Positions 1 through 13,750 of a stretch of DNA of 64,000 nucleotides are shown here, piece after piece. The position numbers and the translations under genes were made by a program. The notes beneath the pieces are model-generated. The model did no database searches. It saw nothing but the letters and a program-made list of their open reading frames with translations, and was not told the DNA's origin. The stretch lies in NCBI RefSeq assembly GCF_009914755.1, contig NC_060926.1. One strand, written 5' to 3'. Positions within the stretch are counted from its first letter, which is position 1, and the number at the start of each line of letters is the position of its first letter. This DNA comes from the human T2T-CHM13v2.0 reference genome, Homo sapiens.

Positions 1-84
1 AACCAATTAAACAATTATGTCAATAAATACCTCAGCCAAAAATTTGTTTTCTTTTATCATAATCTTTCTTTTTACATATATAAA

Positions 85-288
85 ACCTGGCCATATGCCA
101 GGAGTTGTGCTCGATGCTTTTTAAATGTTATCTTCTCTCATAACAACAGAATTTTAAAATATTTTATCAGTGAGAAAACTGAAGCATAGAATAACTTGCT
201 AAGGCCACCCAATGAGTAAAGAGTAGGGATGGTCTTTGAATCTCAACTACAGCCTCTTAGAGCTCATTTTCTTACCTATTACATTATA
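85..288 (-). mobile_element. MIR SINE remnant
   Basis: Degenerate MIR core ('ttttatcagtgagaaaactgaagcatagaataacttgctaaggccac'). Boundaries approximate. Confidence 0.6.
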
Positions 289-1160
289 TAGCCCCTTACT
301 TTATTAAATTTGAAGAAGTAGGTTTAAGTAACTAACTCATTAATGATGTTTGGTACAAATTAAATTCCATATTCCAAATTAATGATTCATGGGTTGGAAA
401 GGAGATCCTCAAATTCATCCTAATCCTCCACAGACACCTCCCAGAGTATAATATATCTGGCATATGTCTGGCAATTGTTATATATTTGCTAATCAACAAA
501 TGAAAGAATACAGTATGACTACTCAAGTCAACTTAGATGGGGAGATGTCATTATCTAAGGCTTACTGTTTTATGAAATAGTGGCTTTGACTCTGTTTCAA
601 AGTGATAGAACTATTCTTGATGCTGCAATAACTCAATCATTATAAATTCCATAGACACTGGAATCATTACAATTGGTCTTTTCCGTGGTATTCATTAGAT
701 TGGGAATTGATTAGAGATAATACCTAAGTTTGAATAAAGGCTTATACATTTTAAAGCATGAAGATAACAGACAACATTGACGACAGCAAAAATAGAATGA
801 AAAGGAACATTATATGCTAGAACTAAAAGTAGTCACTATGTGTATTTGTTGATGCCTAAGATCAGTTATAGTAAATTAAGCTTTCTTAATGGGATTCTGA
901 TGCTTTTTCAATATACTTTAGTAAACCAAACCCATTAGAATAACCTTCAATTGTGGTTTGTGTCTTTTTTTAAAAATGACCAAAGATTCTTCTTAATTGT
1001 ATAAAGCAATTTAATAAGCAAATATTTAAATATGAACTATATGCAGTTGACAGTCTCTGACTACTAAGAGATCAGACTCTACCAACATTTGGATAATTAA
1101 TTTTAGTGATAAAAGAGGCAAATGCCAATGGAGAAGTAATCTAAAATGCCTGTGCTTTCT

Positions 1161-1503
<343 letters not shown>

Positions 1504-1843
1504 TAAGAGGGCTTATCTAAGGGAAAGGCTAATTATTTCAAATGGCTCCTCTGTAAAGTCACAGCTCTGCAACCTCCTGTCAGTTGTGAAACTTTCAGAA
1601 AAGAATTGAAAAGATCTCTGGGTGAGTGGGAAAGTGTTGGTTTCCATGGAGAAAATGATTTGGCTCTAGATGACTGCCTGTTCTAGAGAATGATGAGAAA
1701 CCCCATTGCTGACATAGACTAAACCATAACAATTTTATCTCTAATATATTTGATGAAAATTCTAGACAAAATAGCCATTCTTCATGATCTTCCATTTAAT
1801 ATTCCTTATGACACCATTCAGAAATGAAATGAGTACTCTGGAA

Positions 1844-2140
1844 TTTTTTTTTTTTTTGAGATGGAGTCTCGCTATGTTGCCAAGGCTGGAATTCAGTGGT
1901 ACGATCTGGGCTTGCTGCAACCTCTGCCTCATGAATTCATGCAATTCTCCTTCCTCAGCCTCCCAAGTAGCTGAGATTACAGACTACGCCACCATGTCCG
2001 GCTAATTTTTGTATTTTTTTAGTAGAGACAGGGTTTCACCGTGTTGGCCAGGCTGGTCTCGAACTCCTGCGATCAAGTGATCTGCCTGACTTGGCCTCCC
2101 AGATTGCTGGGATTACAGGCGTGAGTCACCGTGCCCGGCT
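1844..2140 (-). mobile_element. Alu SINE (AluS), full length
   Basis: Poly(T) followed by the reverse Alu dimer, ending 'gtgcccggct'. Confidence 0.95.
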
Positions 2141-2940
2141 GGAAATATGTTTTTAAATGAAAATTATAATTGATTTAATAACGTTACCTATCTAAATAAT
2201 ACTCAACACCTAGACTCCTGAAAAGTGAATTAGCCCCAGAGATATAAATTTTTGTACATCTAGGTCAACAGGAAAATAGAATAAAATAAAATACGAGTAA
2301 ATCAATTTTCTTTCCCTAAATTTTTCTTGTCATTAATCAAACTAATTTGAATATAGCACTTTTAAAAACAGAACAAAATTAAATTGAGTTTTCACATTTA
2401 ATGTATTTTAGGTAAACAATATTTTCTAATGCTTTTATTGTCTAATTGCCACCCGATGATTTTGAATCATACAAAGTACAGAAAGTCTGGGAGCAGAGGA
2501 CAACAGAAACGTAAGAATTTAGGGTATATTTGATTCAGCACCCAGGAAACGACTCACTTTTAAAACAGGGAAAGTCTCTACATTTAAATGTAAAAGAACA
2601 AATCTTCCCTCTTAAGTATGCTATTCTCTATTTTGAGATTTCCCAAATCTACTTCTTCCTTCCAATGGCTGTTACATCTTTCTCAAATCTCTCAGTCCCA
2701 AGTTTTCACTGTTTCCATATGTCTTCTACAATATTATTTTTACTATCTTCCTTTATATGGCTTTCTAGCTCTGCCCACATGCCCTAACATGGAAACCATG
2801 AAAGACTGAGACAATACAGGTAAACAAAATAATTTAAAAATCCATTTACAAAAATGGAAAAATAGCATTTAAGTTTATGCGAAGAGTTACAAAATTTTAG
2901 AAAAAACAGCATGTCTCAGGCTCTTTAATTCATGGGCCCA

Positions 2941-3235
2941 GGCCGGGTGCGGTGCCTCTCGCCTGTAATACCAGCACTTTGGGAGGCCGAGGCGGGTGGA
3001 TTGCTTGAGGTTGGGAGTTCAAGACCAGCCTGACCAACATGGTGAAACCCATCTCTACTAAAAATACAAAAACTAGCCGGGCATGGTGGCAGGTGCCTGT
3101 AATCCTAGCTACTCAGGAGGCTGAGAACCGCTTGAAGCCAGGAGGTGGAGGCTGCAGTGAGCTGAGGTCATTCCACTGTACTCCAGCCTAGGTGACAGAG
3201 CAAGACCCCATCTCAAAAAAAAAAAAAAAAAAAAA
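2941..3235 (+). mobile_element. Alu SINE (AluS) with small right-arm deletion
   Basis: Starts ggccgggtgcggtg and ends in a poly(A) tail. Degenerate TSD tcatgggccc / tcatgtgccc. Confidence 0.95.
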
Positions 3236-3825
3236 TCATGTGCCCTTAAAAATCATAAGACTTTCTTTAGTGTTATTTAAAATTTCAAGGTATATTTTGT
3301 GTGGTTTAAACAAATCGAATTATATTGTAAAACAAAGTTTTATATTGAATAGGTTTTTTCTAATTACCCAAACCCTCCTTCAAATTTTTCCTCATTTGAT
3401 GTGTTATTCATGATGCTTTCCCCTACTAGACAAGCACTTTACCAAATTTTACAAGCAATTGAACAAGGAATTATTTTTCTATATTTAGGTCCCTGCATTG
3501 CAGTTTAGAAATCCCCTTGTGAAAATATGGGACAAATATTTGAAATGGAAATCCAAATGTAAATGAAAACATTACATCTGTAGGGGGATTTCTTTAAATC
3601 TTTAAATTGTGCAAACCGAAGCCATATCTGTAACCGAATAGATTAATAATCGCAAGCCAGTATGAATCCTATGAAATCTATATGGACAAATAGCAAACAA
3701 TCATTTATGGGCCAGGAACTTTATTGACTAAGAACTCACTGTAGTTCCTGTGACTCTCTGCTGCATTGCAGGTGCTAAAGGAATAGGTAAGGGTTAAAAT
3801 GTAAGGAAAACCTCAACAAAACAAT

Positions 3826-4178
3826 TGTATCAGTCCATTTTCAGGCTGCTGATAAAGAAATACCTGAGACTGGGAAGAAAAAGAGGTTTAATTGGACTTA
3901 CAGTTCCACATGGCTGGGGAGGCCTCAGAATCATGGTGGAGATGAAAGGCACTTCTTACATGGTGACAGCAAGAGAAAATGAAGCAGCAGCAAAAGCAGA
4001 AACCCCTGATACACCCATCAGATCTCGTGAGACTTATTCACTATCATGAGAATAGTATGGGAAAGACCAGCCCCCATGATTCAATTACCTCTCCCTGGGT
4101 CCTTCCCAAAACACATGGGAATTCTGGGAGATATAATTCAAGGTGAGATTTGGGTGGGGACAAAGCCAAGCCATATAA
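3826..4178 (-). mobile_element. ERVL-MaLR solo LTR (THE1C-like)
   Basis: Matches the recalled reverse THE1C consensus ('gagactgggaagaaaaagaggtttaattggacttacagttccacatgg...gagatttgggtggggac'). TSD acaat (3821-3825) / acgat (4179-4183). Confidence 0.88.
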
Positions 4179-4821
4179 ACGATAAACTCAAACAGGGAAG
4201 AGTTTTGTTTGCTTGTTTTTTTTTTTTTTTTGTTCTTTTTTCCCCCTTTCCTTTTTCCTGGTTGTCTGGTTTACATGACAACAAAAGCATCTAAGAAATT
4301 CAGCTTGTCTAAGATGCCAATCCAAAGTGTCACAGACAGGCTTTCAGTCATAGGACAGGTCATTACTGCAAATGCTGGACCCAGGGGTACTAGGCTTGGA
4401 CTAAGTTAATGATTATGTGGCAAAAACGTATTCTTTCCATAGGAATGTGGAGGGCTGTAAACGGGGGGAGGACATGGACTTAGAAGCTCCAAGTTGATGA
4501 AGAATTTCTACATTTCACTGTTAGAAGGATGCTTGGTTTTCCTACCAAGCCACTACATTGGCTGAATCTAAGGGCTCAAAGTTTAATGCAAGAAAGAAGG
4601 AAATGCCAGTTTTCAACAGAATGGTTGGATTTAAGAATCCTAAGTGAAACAATGGAGGTGGAGAGAATCCAAACTGGTAAACCAAACTCAAGTGAAGACA
4701 ACATGAGGTATCAAATTACAGAGCCAAGAAATTCAGGTGTAAGAACAACTTCAAGTTACAAGGTCCAAGACATAGACTAAAATATGTTAAATGACAAGAT
4801 CAAACAGATGGTTCATATAGG

Positions 4822-5289
4822 TGTATTAGGTTGAACAATGGCCCTGCAAAATGTCCGTGTCCTAATACCCAGAATCTGTCAATATGTTACCTTACATGGC
4901 CAATGGGTCTTCAAAGATGTGACTAAATCAAGTTTCAAGAGATGGGGAGATTATCCTGGTTTATCTGGGTGAGTTCAATGTAACCACTAGGGTCCGTATA
5001 AAAAAGAGGAATGCAGGTGAGAGTCAGAGAAAGTGATGTGATGGCAGGATATATGATGGCAGAAGCAGGGGTCAGAATGATGCAGGGCTACAGTTGAGGA
5101 ACATGAGAAGCCTCCAGAAACTGGAAGAGACAAGAAAACAATTTTTTCCCTAGCACTTCCAGAAGCAACATAGCCATATCAAACTATTTTAAATGTGTGA
5201 TCTTTACAACAGCAAGATCACAAATTTATGTTGCTTTACCATGCTTAGTTTGTGGTAATTTGCTATAGCAAGAATAAGGAACAAATACA
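4822..5289 (+). mobile_element. ERVL-MaLR solo LTR (MLT1C/D-like)
   Basis: Typical MLT1 motifs 'aatatgttaccttacatggc', 'gagatggggagattatcctgg', and terminal 'gtttgtggtaatttgctatagca...aataca'. Confidence 0.8.
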
Positions 5290-5361
5290 ATAGGAATGGA
5301 ATAGCGTAAGTCAGAAACACAGGCAGGGAAAGATAACTTAAAAGTTAAAATTCACATACCC

Positions 5362-6115
5362 TGGTAGTGGGAATGTAAAGCACTGCAGCCATTATGGAAA
5401 ACAGTATGAAGTTTCCTCAAAAAACTCATAATAAAAGTACCATAAGATCCAGATATTCACTGCTAGGGATATAACCAAAGGAAATTAATATTTCAAAAAG
5501 GTATCTGCACAACGATGCTTACTGCAGTGCTGTTTGAAATAGCCAAGATATGAAATGAACCTAAGTGTCCACCCATGGATGAATAAAGAAAATGTATATA
5601 TACACAATGGAATATTATTCAGCCATTAAAAAGGAATGAAATCCTGTCTTTTGCGGCAACATGGATGGGAACTGACATTATGTTAAGTGAAATAAGTCAG
5701 GTAGAGAAAGACAAATATTGTATGTCTTACTCATATGTGGAAGCTAAAAAAATGAATCTAATGGAAATAGAGAGTAGAATTATGGTTAGAAGAGGCTGGA
5801 ATAGGAAGGCAGTGGGAGGTGAAGAGGAGTTGGTTAATGTGTAAAAATATACAGTTAGATAGAAATAGTAGGTTCTAATATTCAATAGTACTATAGGAAA
5901 ATTATGGTTAAGAATAATTGTACATTTCAAAACAGCTAGAAAAAAGAATTGTAATATTCTGAACACAAAGAAAATATCAATTTTTGAGGTAATAGATATA
6001 ACAATTACCCTGATTTGAACATTACACATAGTATACATGTATCAAAATATCATGTGTATCCCCAACATATGTATAACTATGCTATATAAATAACATTAAA
6101 AAACTAGTAAAAAAT
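5362..6115 (+). mobile_element. L1 3' fragment (L1MA-type ORF2 end and 3' UTR)
   Basis: 'gggaatgtaaa...cagccattatggaaaacagtatgaagtttcctcaaaaaact' and 'aatggaatattattcagcc', then an L1MA-type 3' UTR and A-rich end. Confidence 0.85.
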
Positions 6116-7085
6116 AAGTCATACATGTACCATAGAGATAATAAGAAGGTAGTGATATAGGTACAGGGTTGGTATGGTAGGTCCAAGGAAAAATCAATAG
6201 AAAATGTCCTGTCCTTATATTTGTGGTAAGAACCGCCTAGATTTTTTCTTTTTTGTCGACAGGACAAGGCTAAGTCGGTTTCTGTAATCTTGGTATAGCC
6301 TATGAATAGGTTCTAACTCACCCCAGACGTAAGCATTTCTGAAGTTCTCTACTTATGGCTAAGGTACTTGTAATGCTCCACTAGACAATGAAAGAGAAAG
6401 GACCTAAGCAACAAAAGGCAGAGAATGAGATCCCCTGAGCAAGATTAATTATGAAAGCCTGTCTGGCTTCTGCTCCTCCAGCTATCCAAATGAGCTCATT
6501 TGGAGACAGGCTTTCTATCCCCCACTACAGGGTTAGCCATGGATTGAGAAATACACTCTACATGTGCTACAACTCATGCTTGTCATGCCTATGACAGATA
6601 TTCCACATCAATCAGAGTGCAATTTCTTTCAGAATCTATCACAGTTCAATTTCCCCCTGAAGTGGAGTGCAGCCTCACAATTTTTATTACAGCAAACTAC
6701 ACAGCTATTACCATTTTCTCATAATGCCCACCCCAGATGTAGCTTATTTTCCTTAGCAGGTGTCTTTCCGCCTTCAAAGCTAAGAGGGATCCGCAACTTT
6801 AGGGAATGGGAAACTACATGTCAGTTGTTCTCAGGTAAAACCTACTTTCGTGTCTGTTGCAAGGTGACTTTGTTTTTCTGTGCATTTCAAAGATAGCTTT
6901 TGCGTGTTTTTAAGGGTATGCCATATCACTTTCAATCTCCAGAAGAAATGAAGACCAAAAGTGTTACTCCAAACCTCCAGGAGGGGCTGACAACTGAAGA
7001 TCTTAGGTAGTTTTGAATTACATTTTTGGGGGTTTGTCTCTGAATCCTATTGCTAGATATTACTGGAGCTAAAGTCATCTCCCAT

Positions 7086-7105
7086 TTTTAATCCACTATT
7101 GATTA
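7086..7105 (+). repeat. (CA)n microsatellite
   Basis: About 9-10 CA units seen directly. Confidence 0.9.
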
Positions 7106-7210
7106 AACACACACACACACACACAAATTAACCTGTTCTTAAAACCTGCATTTGCCTTCTCCATTGGACCACTTTTGTTGATGTTAGCTCTTCACTTAAT
7201 ATTTTCAGCC

Positions 7211-7375
7211 TCAAACTATCCTTGATAGTTTATTTTTTAAAAGAACATCCTTAAATTCTCAATGTTTCTATTGTCTAAAAGTACTATGTGCTAAATAAAT
7301 ATTAATTTTTCTATCTTATTTCTCTATACATTTATAATCCAACAGTAAGGAGGAAATAACATGGATAACATGTTT
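7211..7375 (+). repeat. Locally templated duplication made of 9142-9184/9689-9788 plus 10273-10301
   Basis: About 139 bp at roughly 95% identity, joined through an AAG microhomology to a 29-bp exact copy of 10273-10301. Confidence 0.9.
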
Positions 7376-9184
7376 GTATGACTTGGGCCTGTGGCAGCAA
7401 TATTCTGTCTATCATTCTCTCTAATGCCAATTCCTTAGCAGAATTTCGGTAGCTCTTAGATTTATTTCCAACCATTCACTTACTGCCAAACTCCTGGCTT
7501 GGATTTACCTTTCCCAGAGTGGCCCATATTACCACTGTCTGACACAGGTGATCTGCTCACTGGAATATATTGTTGACACTCAGCTAACAGATAATTGCTT
7601 TGTGCCACATGTGCTTCAGAGATGTCAAAAGGAAGAGGACAAAAATGAAATGAAGATGAACAAACAGCAGCACTTTCAGGACTATTAAAAATTATGTATT
7701 CATGAACTCAGAGCCCTCTCACCTTTTTGGCAGCCTATCTTGCAGTTTTCTCCAATATTCTGTAGTTGCTCCAATTCATTAGAAAGAGTTATGAAAGCAC
7801 TACTGAAAAGCAAGCAATCATTACTATGATGACTATTTATAATTATCATGTTGTATTTTGCTGTTGTATGTTGTGTTTTGCCATTGTATGTTGCATTGCT
7901 GTCATAAGAACATACAGCTCAATGCCATATAATTGCATTTTATTATTTTAAGGACAATTGTGTAATGTGTATTGATAGTCACTAACTCCATTTTCGGATT
8001 AAATACATTTAACAGGCCAAATGGAATTTTGCACATTTAAGGGGCACTAACATCTATTATTTACAGGAGAAAAGAGATGCCCTAACCTTAGTTTACACAA
8101 AACATCTTTATTTGATGCTAATGGTGGCCAAGGAGCAGTTGGCCAGCAAAGGCAGTTCCTGTCATATGCTTTGAAGTTCCAGATTGCCTAGAACTTCAAA
8201 TTGGAATGATGCCTGTTATGGCAATTTTCAGGAGAAGTGAAAAAGGAATCTTAAAGATCAAAACTAATTTTTGGGACCATCTGCCGTAAATTATTTTTGT
8301 ACTAGTTTTTTCATATATAAAGAAATCTTTCATGCATAAATACATACATATTCATATATAAAACTATACAGGCAGTTCTTGCTGTGCACATTTTGATATG
8401 CATGTATTTCAGTTATCATAGTTATAGTGAAATAACACCAGTCTCTCAACAATATGGTCCAAATTTCACTTACCATCATATATTAACTATTAGTAGTTAC
8501 AGGAAGTACCAACATCTCTGCTAGCTCTTTAGTCCATCAGATATCATGTGAGGGACAGAAGCACATCATGCCTGGGATTCACTTCTTTCAAAGCCTGTCA
8601 GCTATTGTTCATTGCACATTTTTATGTTACTCAGTTTGCTCACAGACAGCAAAATGTGTAGTTGTGTTGTTTCCTTGTTGTCTCCTTGTCTCCCAGTGAT
8701 AAACGCCCATGACATTTTACAAAAATGGGCAAAAGAGGGCAGTGGCCAACAAAGATAAAAGTGCGACAAATAAATAAAAAGTAATGCTGAAAGTGAAATC
8801 TAAATAGAATATAAATGGATTTGGAGAACAAAAAGTCTATCTATAGAAATAATACTGCCATTGTTCTAGATATAGCCAGAGGAAATTAGTGAATGTAGAT
8901 TTATCTACACAAATAAGAAACACAGTTGTGATGAGAAGACTGTAGATATCCCAGAGGAAGTAACAGGAACTGAAATCTTTGCAGTAAAAGAACTCTCAGA
9001 GATATTTCGTCACATTGAATACACAATGAGTAAAATGTTAGAAGCTGATCCCAACTTAGAAAGAAGCAAGGCAATTTACTATGTCATAGAAAAGATGTGT
9101 GTTTAGTTTTGTAATTTTTATAACAAGAAGGCAAACACTGTTCAAACTATCCTTGATAGTTTATTTTTAAAAAGAATATCCTTA

Positions 9185-9672
9185 TATAACCATAGTACTC
9201 TGTCCAAACAAGGAAACTGACATTGGTAAACTGTGACATCCATAGAACTTATTCAGATTTTACCAGTTTTACATGCTCACATCTTCTCTCTGTGAGTGTG
9301 TGTGTGTGTGTGTAATTCTATACAATTTTATTACGTGTAGATTTGTGTAACCTCCCTCATCAAAAAATTCATTCTGATTATAATTTATTGTACATTCTGA
9401 TTATAACTTATTGTACATTCATGATTTATTGTGCATTCTGATTATAATTTATTGTACATTCATGGTTGTCAGTATTTTGGTGTGTAGTATAGTTTCTGAA
9501 AGAAAACTAAAGCACAGAAGATAATATATACCAAAAGCACTAGTGTAACAGAAAATGTCTTTAAACTTATTATAAAGTTTCAAATGTTCCTTTTGTACAT
9601 ATTTTAGAGAAAAATAATGTGGTATGTTAGTACAAATAAATGATTAAAGTTTCATCCTCTTAAAAAACAATA
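9185..9672 (+). pseudogene. 5'-truncated retroposed non-TE transcript end (3' UTR retrocopy or orphan 3' transduction)
   Basis: 16-bp TSD aaaaagaa(t/c)atcctta at 9169-9184 and 9673-9688, at a TT/AAAA L1 endonuclease site. AATAAA (9635) and ATTAAA (9643) precede an A-rich tail. Confidence 0.75.
9370..9467 (+). repeat. About 24-bp tandem repeat (cattctgattataattttattgta), 4-5 degenerate copies
   Basis: Seen directly inside the retro-insertion. Confidence 0.85.
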
Positions 9673-11087
9673 AAAAAGAACATCCTTAAATTCTCAATGT
9701 TTCTATTGTCTACAAGTACTATGTGCTAAATAAATATTAATTTTTGTATTTTCTTCATTTCTCTATAGATTTATAATCCAACAGTAAGAGAGTTTTTAAT
9801 GTATTAAGAAAACGTTTTCAAGGGTAACAGGAAATTTGTAATTTTTCTCATTGATTGTTGAGATCATTTGGCATATGTTTTGCTTTTATAGTCATTTTTA
9901 TAGTATTGCACTATCTTACTGAAAAGCAAAGACTGCCTCTATTTATCCTATGATAAACGGACTCACTTGGAGATCAGACCATTCGAGTAGGTTTGTATAA
10001 AGGCTACAAAATCTTCAGTTGATGGTAAGAGAACAACCTGCAGGGCAGGAGAGCAGAAACCATGTTACCTACCATGAATTAGGAAAGGGAAATTGTGAAA
10101 AAGGCTCTGCTCTGGAGACTGGAGAAAAGGATTCTATAAACTTAGTTGGGTAGGGAAGGAGCTAGAATCCCAGTAATGAAACTGTATGCTTATGGAAGTA
10201 TGTGGAGTGATGGAGAAACAAATGCTGTAATTATTCATCATTCATCACTACATTTGAAATTATCTGAGGAAAAAGGAGGAAATAACATGGATAACATGTT
10301 TTTCTCTCTCTCATACATACACACACACACACACAATTGTAATGGTTATTGACTTCACAATCCAACTTCATCTTCTATATGTTTAATATGTTTTATCCAC
10401 CTGGATACCTTAACAGAAAACTAATTCTGGATATGGAACTATAGAGTCAATAAGAAAGACATTTTTAACATGCTGGGATGAATGAAGTTCTAATAAACTA
10501 CTATAATCACACCTATGGCGAATGAGTTAATATTATCTCTTAATGTTTTGTGTGGCTTCATTTATTCTTCTTCCCTTTACTACATACTAAAAATGAGACA
10601 AGTTCTACCTTTTGTGAATTTCATTACACTGAGTGTTTGAGAGTTTTCAGAAACTAATTTATGATGTACTCTGAATAATTTTATGTGTGTATCCAAGGGA
10701 GTAATCAATACACCTTCCTTTACAACTGGGAGCTGGGTTCAGCAACTCCAACAGTTCTCTGATTTCCAATTTTATCTCTAAATTCAAGTAAGGTGCAAAA
10801 TCTTATAACTGGACCTAACATGTAGAATAATAAATGACTTACCAGAGAAGAATGTTGTGATGGTGATCCTGCTTCTCATAGTTTTCAGGTGAGGAAGCCT
10901 GTGGGACTCATTCCCACCTGCCTTTCAGAATCACTTCCCTGGTTTATTCTCTGAAAACAGTGGAGGGAGGAGATAACTTATGGAGTAAGTCAGTTTATTG
11001 CAAAGGCAATGGGGACTGTATGGCAGAGCACCTTCTTCTGGAGTTTCAGCACAATAAAGACACTGTAGTTAATATTCATTCCAGTAG

Positions 11088-11400
<313 letters not shown>

Positions 11401-12269
11401 GACACATGCTAGCATTCTTTATGTTCATTCCAAGCCCTTTAGTATTGGGTTGTGGGAGATATTTTTTCTGACTTGATCTGTACCCTGGGGTCAGGACGTT
11501 ACCTGATTCTGAGTCTCAGCTACTTCAACAGTGAAACATATGCTTGTATTTTACCACTAAGTTGAAACATTCTGATTCTGAATTTCATTCAAGTCATGTA
11601 TATACATAAATGTGTGGTTTGTGTATACATATAAATATACACATATACATAACTTAAAGTTTTTTTTGCTCAGTATCTTTTAGATACCATTCCATATCAG
11701 TTTATAGATGGTTCAGTTTTTATAGCTGCCTATTACTTTATTGTGTCTATGTACTATAGTTTATGCAACAAATCTAGTTTGAACATTTAGAAAGTTAGTT
11801 ATATTATGTAATTACAAATAGTACTGCAGAAAAATATTATTTCCCCATTCAATATACAATAATAAACTTCAAGTCCAAATGGGTTAGAGATTTAAATGAA
11901 AAAATGAAACTGTACAGATATTACAGTAAAACAGGACTGACATGGATAAAGACAAGAGAGATTCTTTTTGACTGTTTATGACTCTGTGACCACATACTCT
12001 AGGGGGCATTTAGGCTTTGATGATTGATTTAATCATGGTGAGATCATCAATGAATTAGATATTAGATGTCTTTTTCTGCACACATTTTGTATAATTTGCC
12101 AGTTTAAGCAAAGTTAGTTACATGCACTTCTATGTTGCCACCTCAGAAACTCCATCATGTGGTATGGTGGTTATTGATCTATATGGTAACCCTACAAAAC
12201 TGATGATTCCTGAAAATGAAGTATTCATTTTCCTTTCAGATGCACAATATCTCCTACTTTCTGGTTCAA

Positions 12270-12355
12270 TAGGCCTGTAGTGACACCCAGAAATCTGCAT
12301 TTTCACCAGATTTCAGGAACTTTGCCATAGATGGCCCCAAGAGCCACATTTTACC
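12270..12355. mobile_element. Possible MER5-type hAT-Charlie fragment
   Basis: 'cccagaaatctgcattttcaccag...ccacatttt' resembles MER5, but the match is short and degenerate. Confidence 0.35.
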
Positions 12356-12604
12356 ACATATATTAGGTTGTGAGTTCCCTGAAAGAGAGAGCTGTGTTAT
12401 ATTCATGTTTCTACCGCAAGTATCCCTCTACACAATAAATGCTTGGAAATTTTTTTTAAATAGTTGCTAGTTTCTTTAACAAGAACAAAATAAAAAATGC
12501 CTTTGATAGTGACATTATTACCCCCAAGCTTTCAAGATAATACAGTTCAGATTACTTTTTTCTTTCTTTATATACTTTAGTTCCTCTGGAAATATTTTGC
12601 CTTC

Positions 12605-13129
12605 TGTAATAGTTAATTTTATGTGTCAATTTGACTGGGCCACCCAGGGAGTGGCCAGACATTTGGTCAAACATTATTCTGGGTGTTTCCCTGAGAGTGT
12701 TTTTGGATAAGATTAGCATTTGGATTGATCGACCCATGAAAGCAGTAAAAGAGATTGTCTTCCCTGTGTGTGTAGCCCTTATCCAATCAACTGAAGAACT
12801 GAATAGAACAAAAAGGCTGAGTAAGAGGGAACTTTATCTGCCTGACAAAATGATCTGGGACATTGGTCTTTTACACATGGACTAGAATTTACACCGTCAG
12901 CTCTTCACGTTCTTACGACTTTGGAAGCAGACAAGAATTATACAATTAACTCTCCTGGGTCTGCAGTTTGCCAACTGCAGATCTTGTTTCTTCTTGGCCT
13001 CCATAATCACATCAGCCAATTCCTTATAAAAATATTCTTATTTATAAATAAATACATATATAACTATATCTATATTAATATTTAAATCTATATGTATATG
13101 TCCTACTCTGAAGAACCTTGGCTAATGCA
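12605..13129 (+). mobile_element. ERVL solo LTR (MLT2-type)
   Basis: Starts 'tgtaatagttaattttatgtgtcaatttgactgggccac...cagacatttggtcaaacattattctgggtg', has an internal TA-rich tract, and ends 'gaagaaccttggctaatgca'. Confidence 0.85.
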
Positions 13130-13186
13130 TTCATCTAAGCTACTTTAGTGGAGACTCAGTTTAAAACAACAACGCCAAATGGCAAT

Positions 13187-13597
13187 TGTCAGGCCTCTGA
13201 GCCCAAGCTAAGCCATCATATCCCCTGTGACCTGCTCCTAAACATCCAGATGGCCTGTTCCTTGCCTTAACTGATGACATTCCACCACAAAAGAAGTGAA
13301 AATGGCCGTTCCTTGCCTTAAGTGATGACATTATCTTGTGAAATTCCTTCTCCTGGCTCATCCTGCCTCAAAAGCTCCCCTACTGAGCACCTTGTGACCC
13401 CTGCTCCTCCCCCCAGAGAACAACCCCCCTTTGACTGTAATTTTCCTTTACCTACCCAAATCTTATAAAACAGCCCTATCCTTATCTTCCTTCGCTGATT
13501 CATTTCGGACTCAGCCTGCCTGTACCCAGGTGATTAAAAAGCTTTATTGCTCACACAAAGCCTGTTTGGTGGTCTCTTCACATGGATGCCAGTGAAA
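13187..13597 (+). mobile_element. 5' LTR of provirus 1 (LTR7, short ~410-bp variant)
   Basis: tgtcaggcctctgagccc...gtgaaa; TATA box at 13464-13470. Lacks the 'gaagtaactgaagaatcac' block of the recalled 450-bp LTR7 consensus. Confidence 0.95.
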
Positions 13598-13599
13598 TT

Positions 13600-13617
13600 T
13601 GGTGCCGTGACTCGGAT
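13600..13617 (+). other. Primer-binding site, tRNA-His
   Basis: tggtgccgtgactcggat, the 18-nt complement of the tRNA-His(GUG) 3' end, 2 nt after the LTR. Confidence 0.95.
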
Positions 13618-13740
13618 CGGGGAACCTCCCTTAGGAGATCAATCCCCTGTCCTCCTGCTCTTTGTTTCGTGAGGAAGATCCACCTACGACCTCTGGTCCT
13701 CAGACCAACCAGCCCAAGGAACATCTCACCAATTTTAAAT

Positions 13741-13750
13741 CCGGTAAGCG
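13741..13750 (+). promoter_or_regulatory. HERV-H major splice donor
   Basis: CCG|GTAAGC about 150 nt downstream of the 5' LTR, the conserved HERV-H leader donor position. Confidence 0.75.

Larger units (their letters stand above)
8369..9939. mobile_element. Old Tigger/pogo-type (TcMar) DNA transposon, interrupted by a retro-insertion
   Basis: Terminal inverted repeats caggcagttcttgc (8369) and gcaaagactgcctc (9939), each flanked by TA. Internal Tigger-like motif 'gaactctcagagatatttc...aaaatgttagaagctgatcccaacttagaaag'. Subfamily not assigned. Confidence 0.7.

Noticed and set aside
6564-6896. 110-aa ORF and a possible AG...GT exon near 6760-6834 in unique sequence
   Set aside because: Non-ATG start, no recognisable domain, and no supporting neighbouring exons.
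7349-10276. Splicing as the explanation for the segments skipped in the 7211-7375 copy
   Set aside because: The skipped intervals lack GT-AG ends on either strand, and the copy has no poly(A) or TSD.
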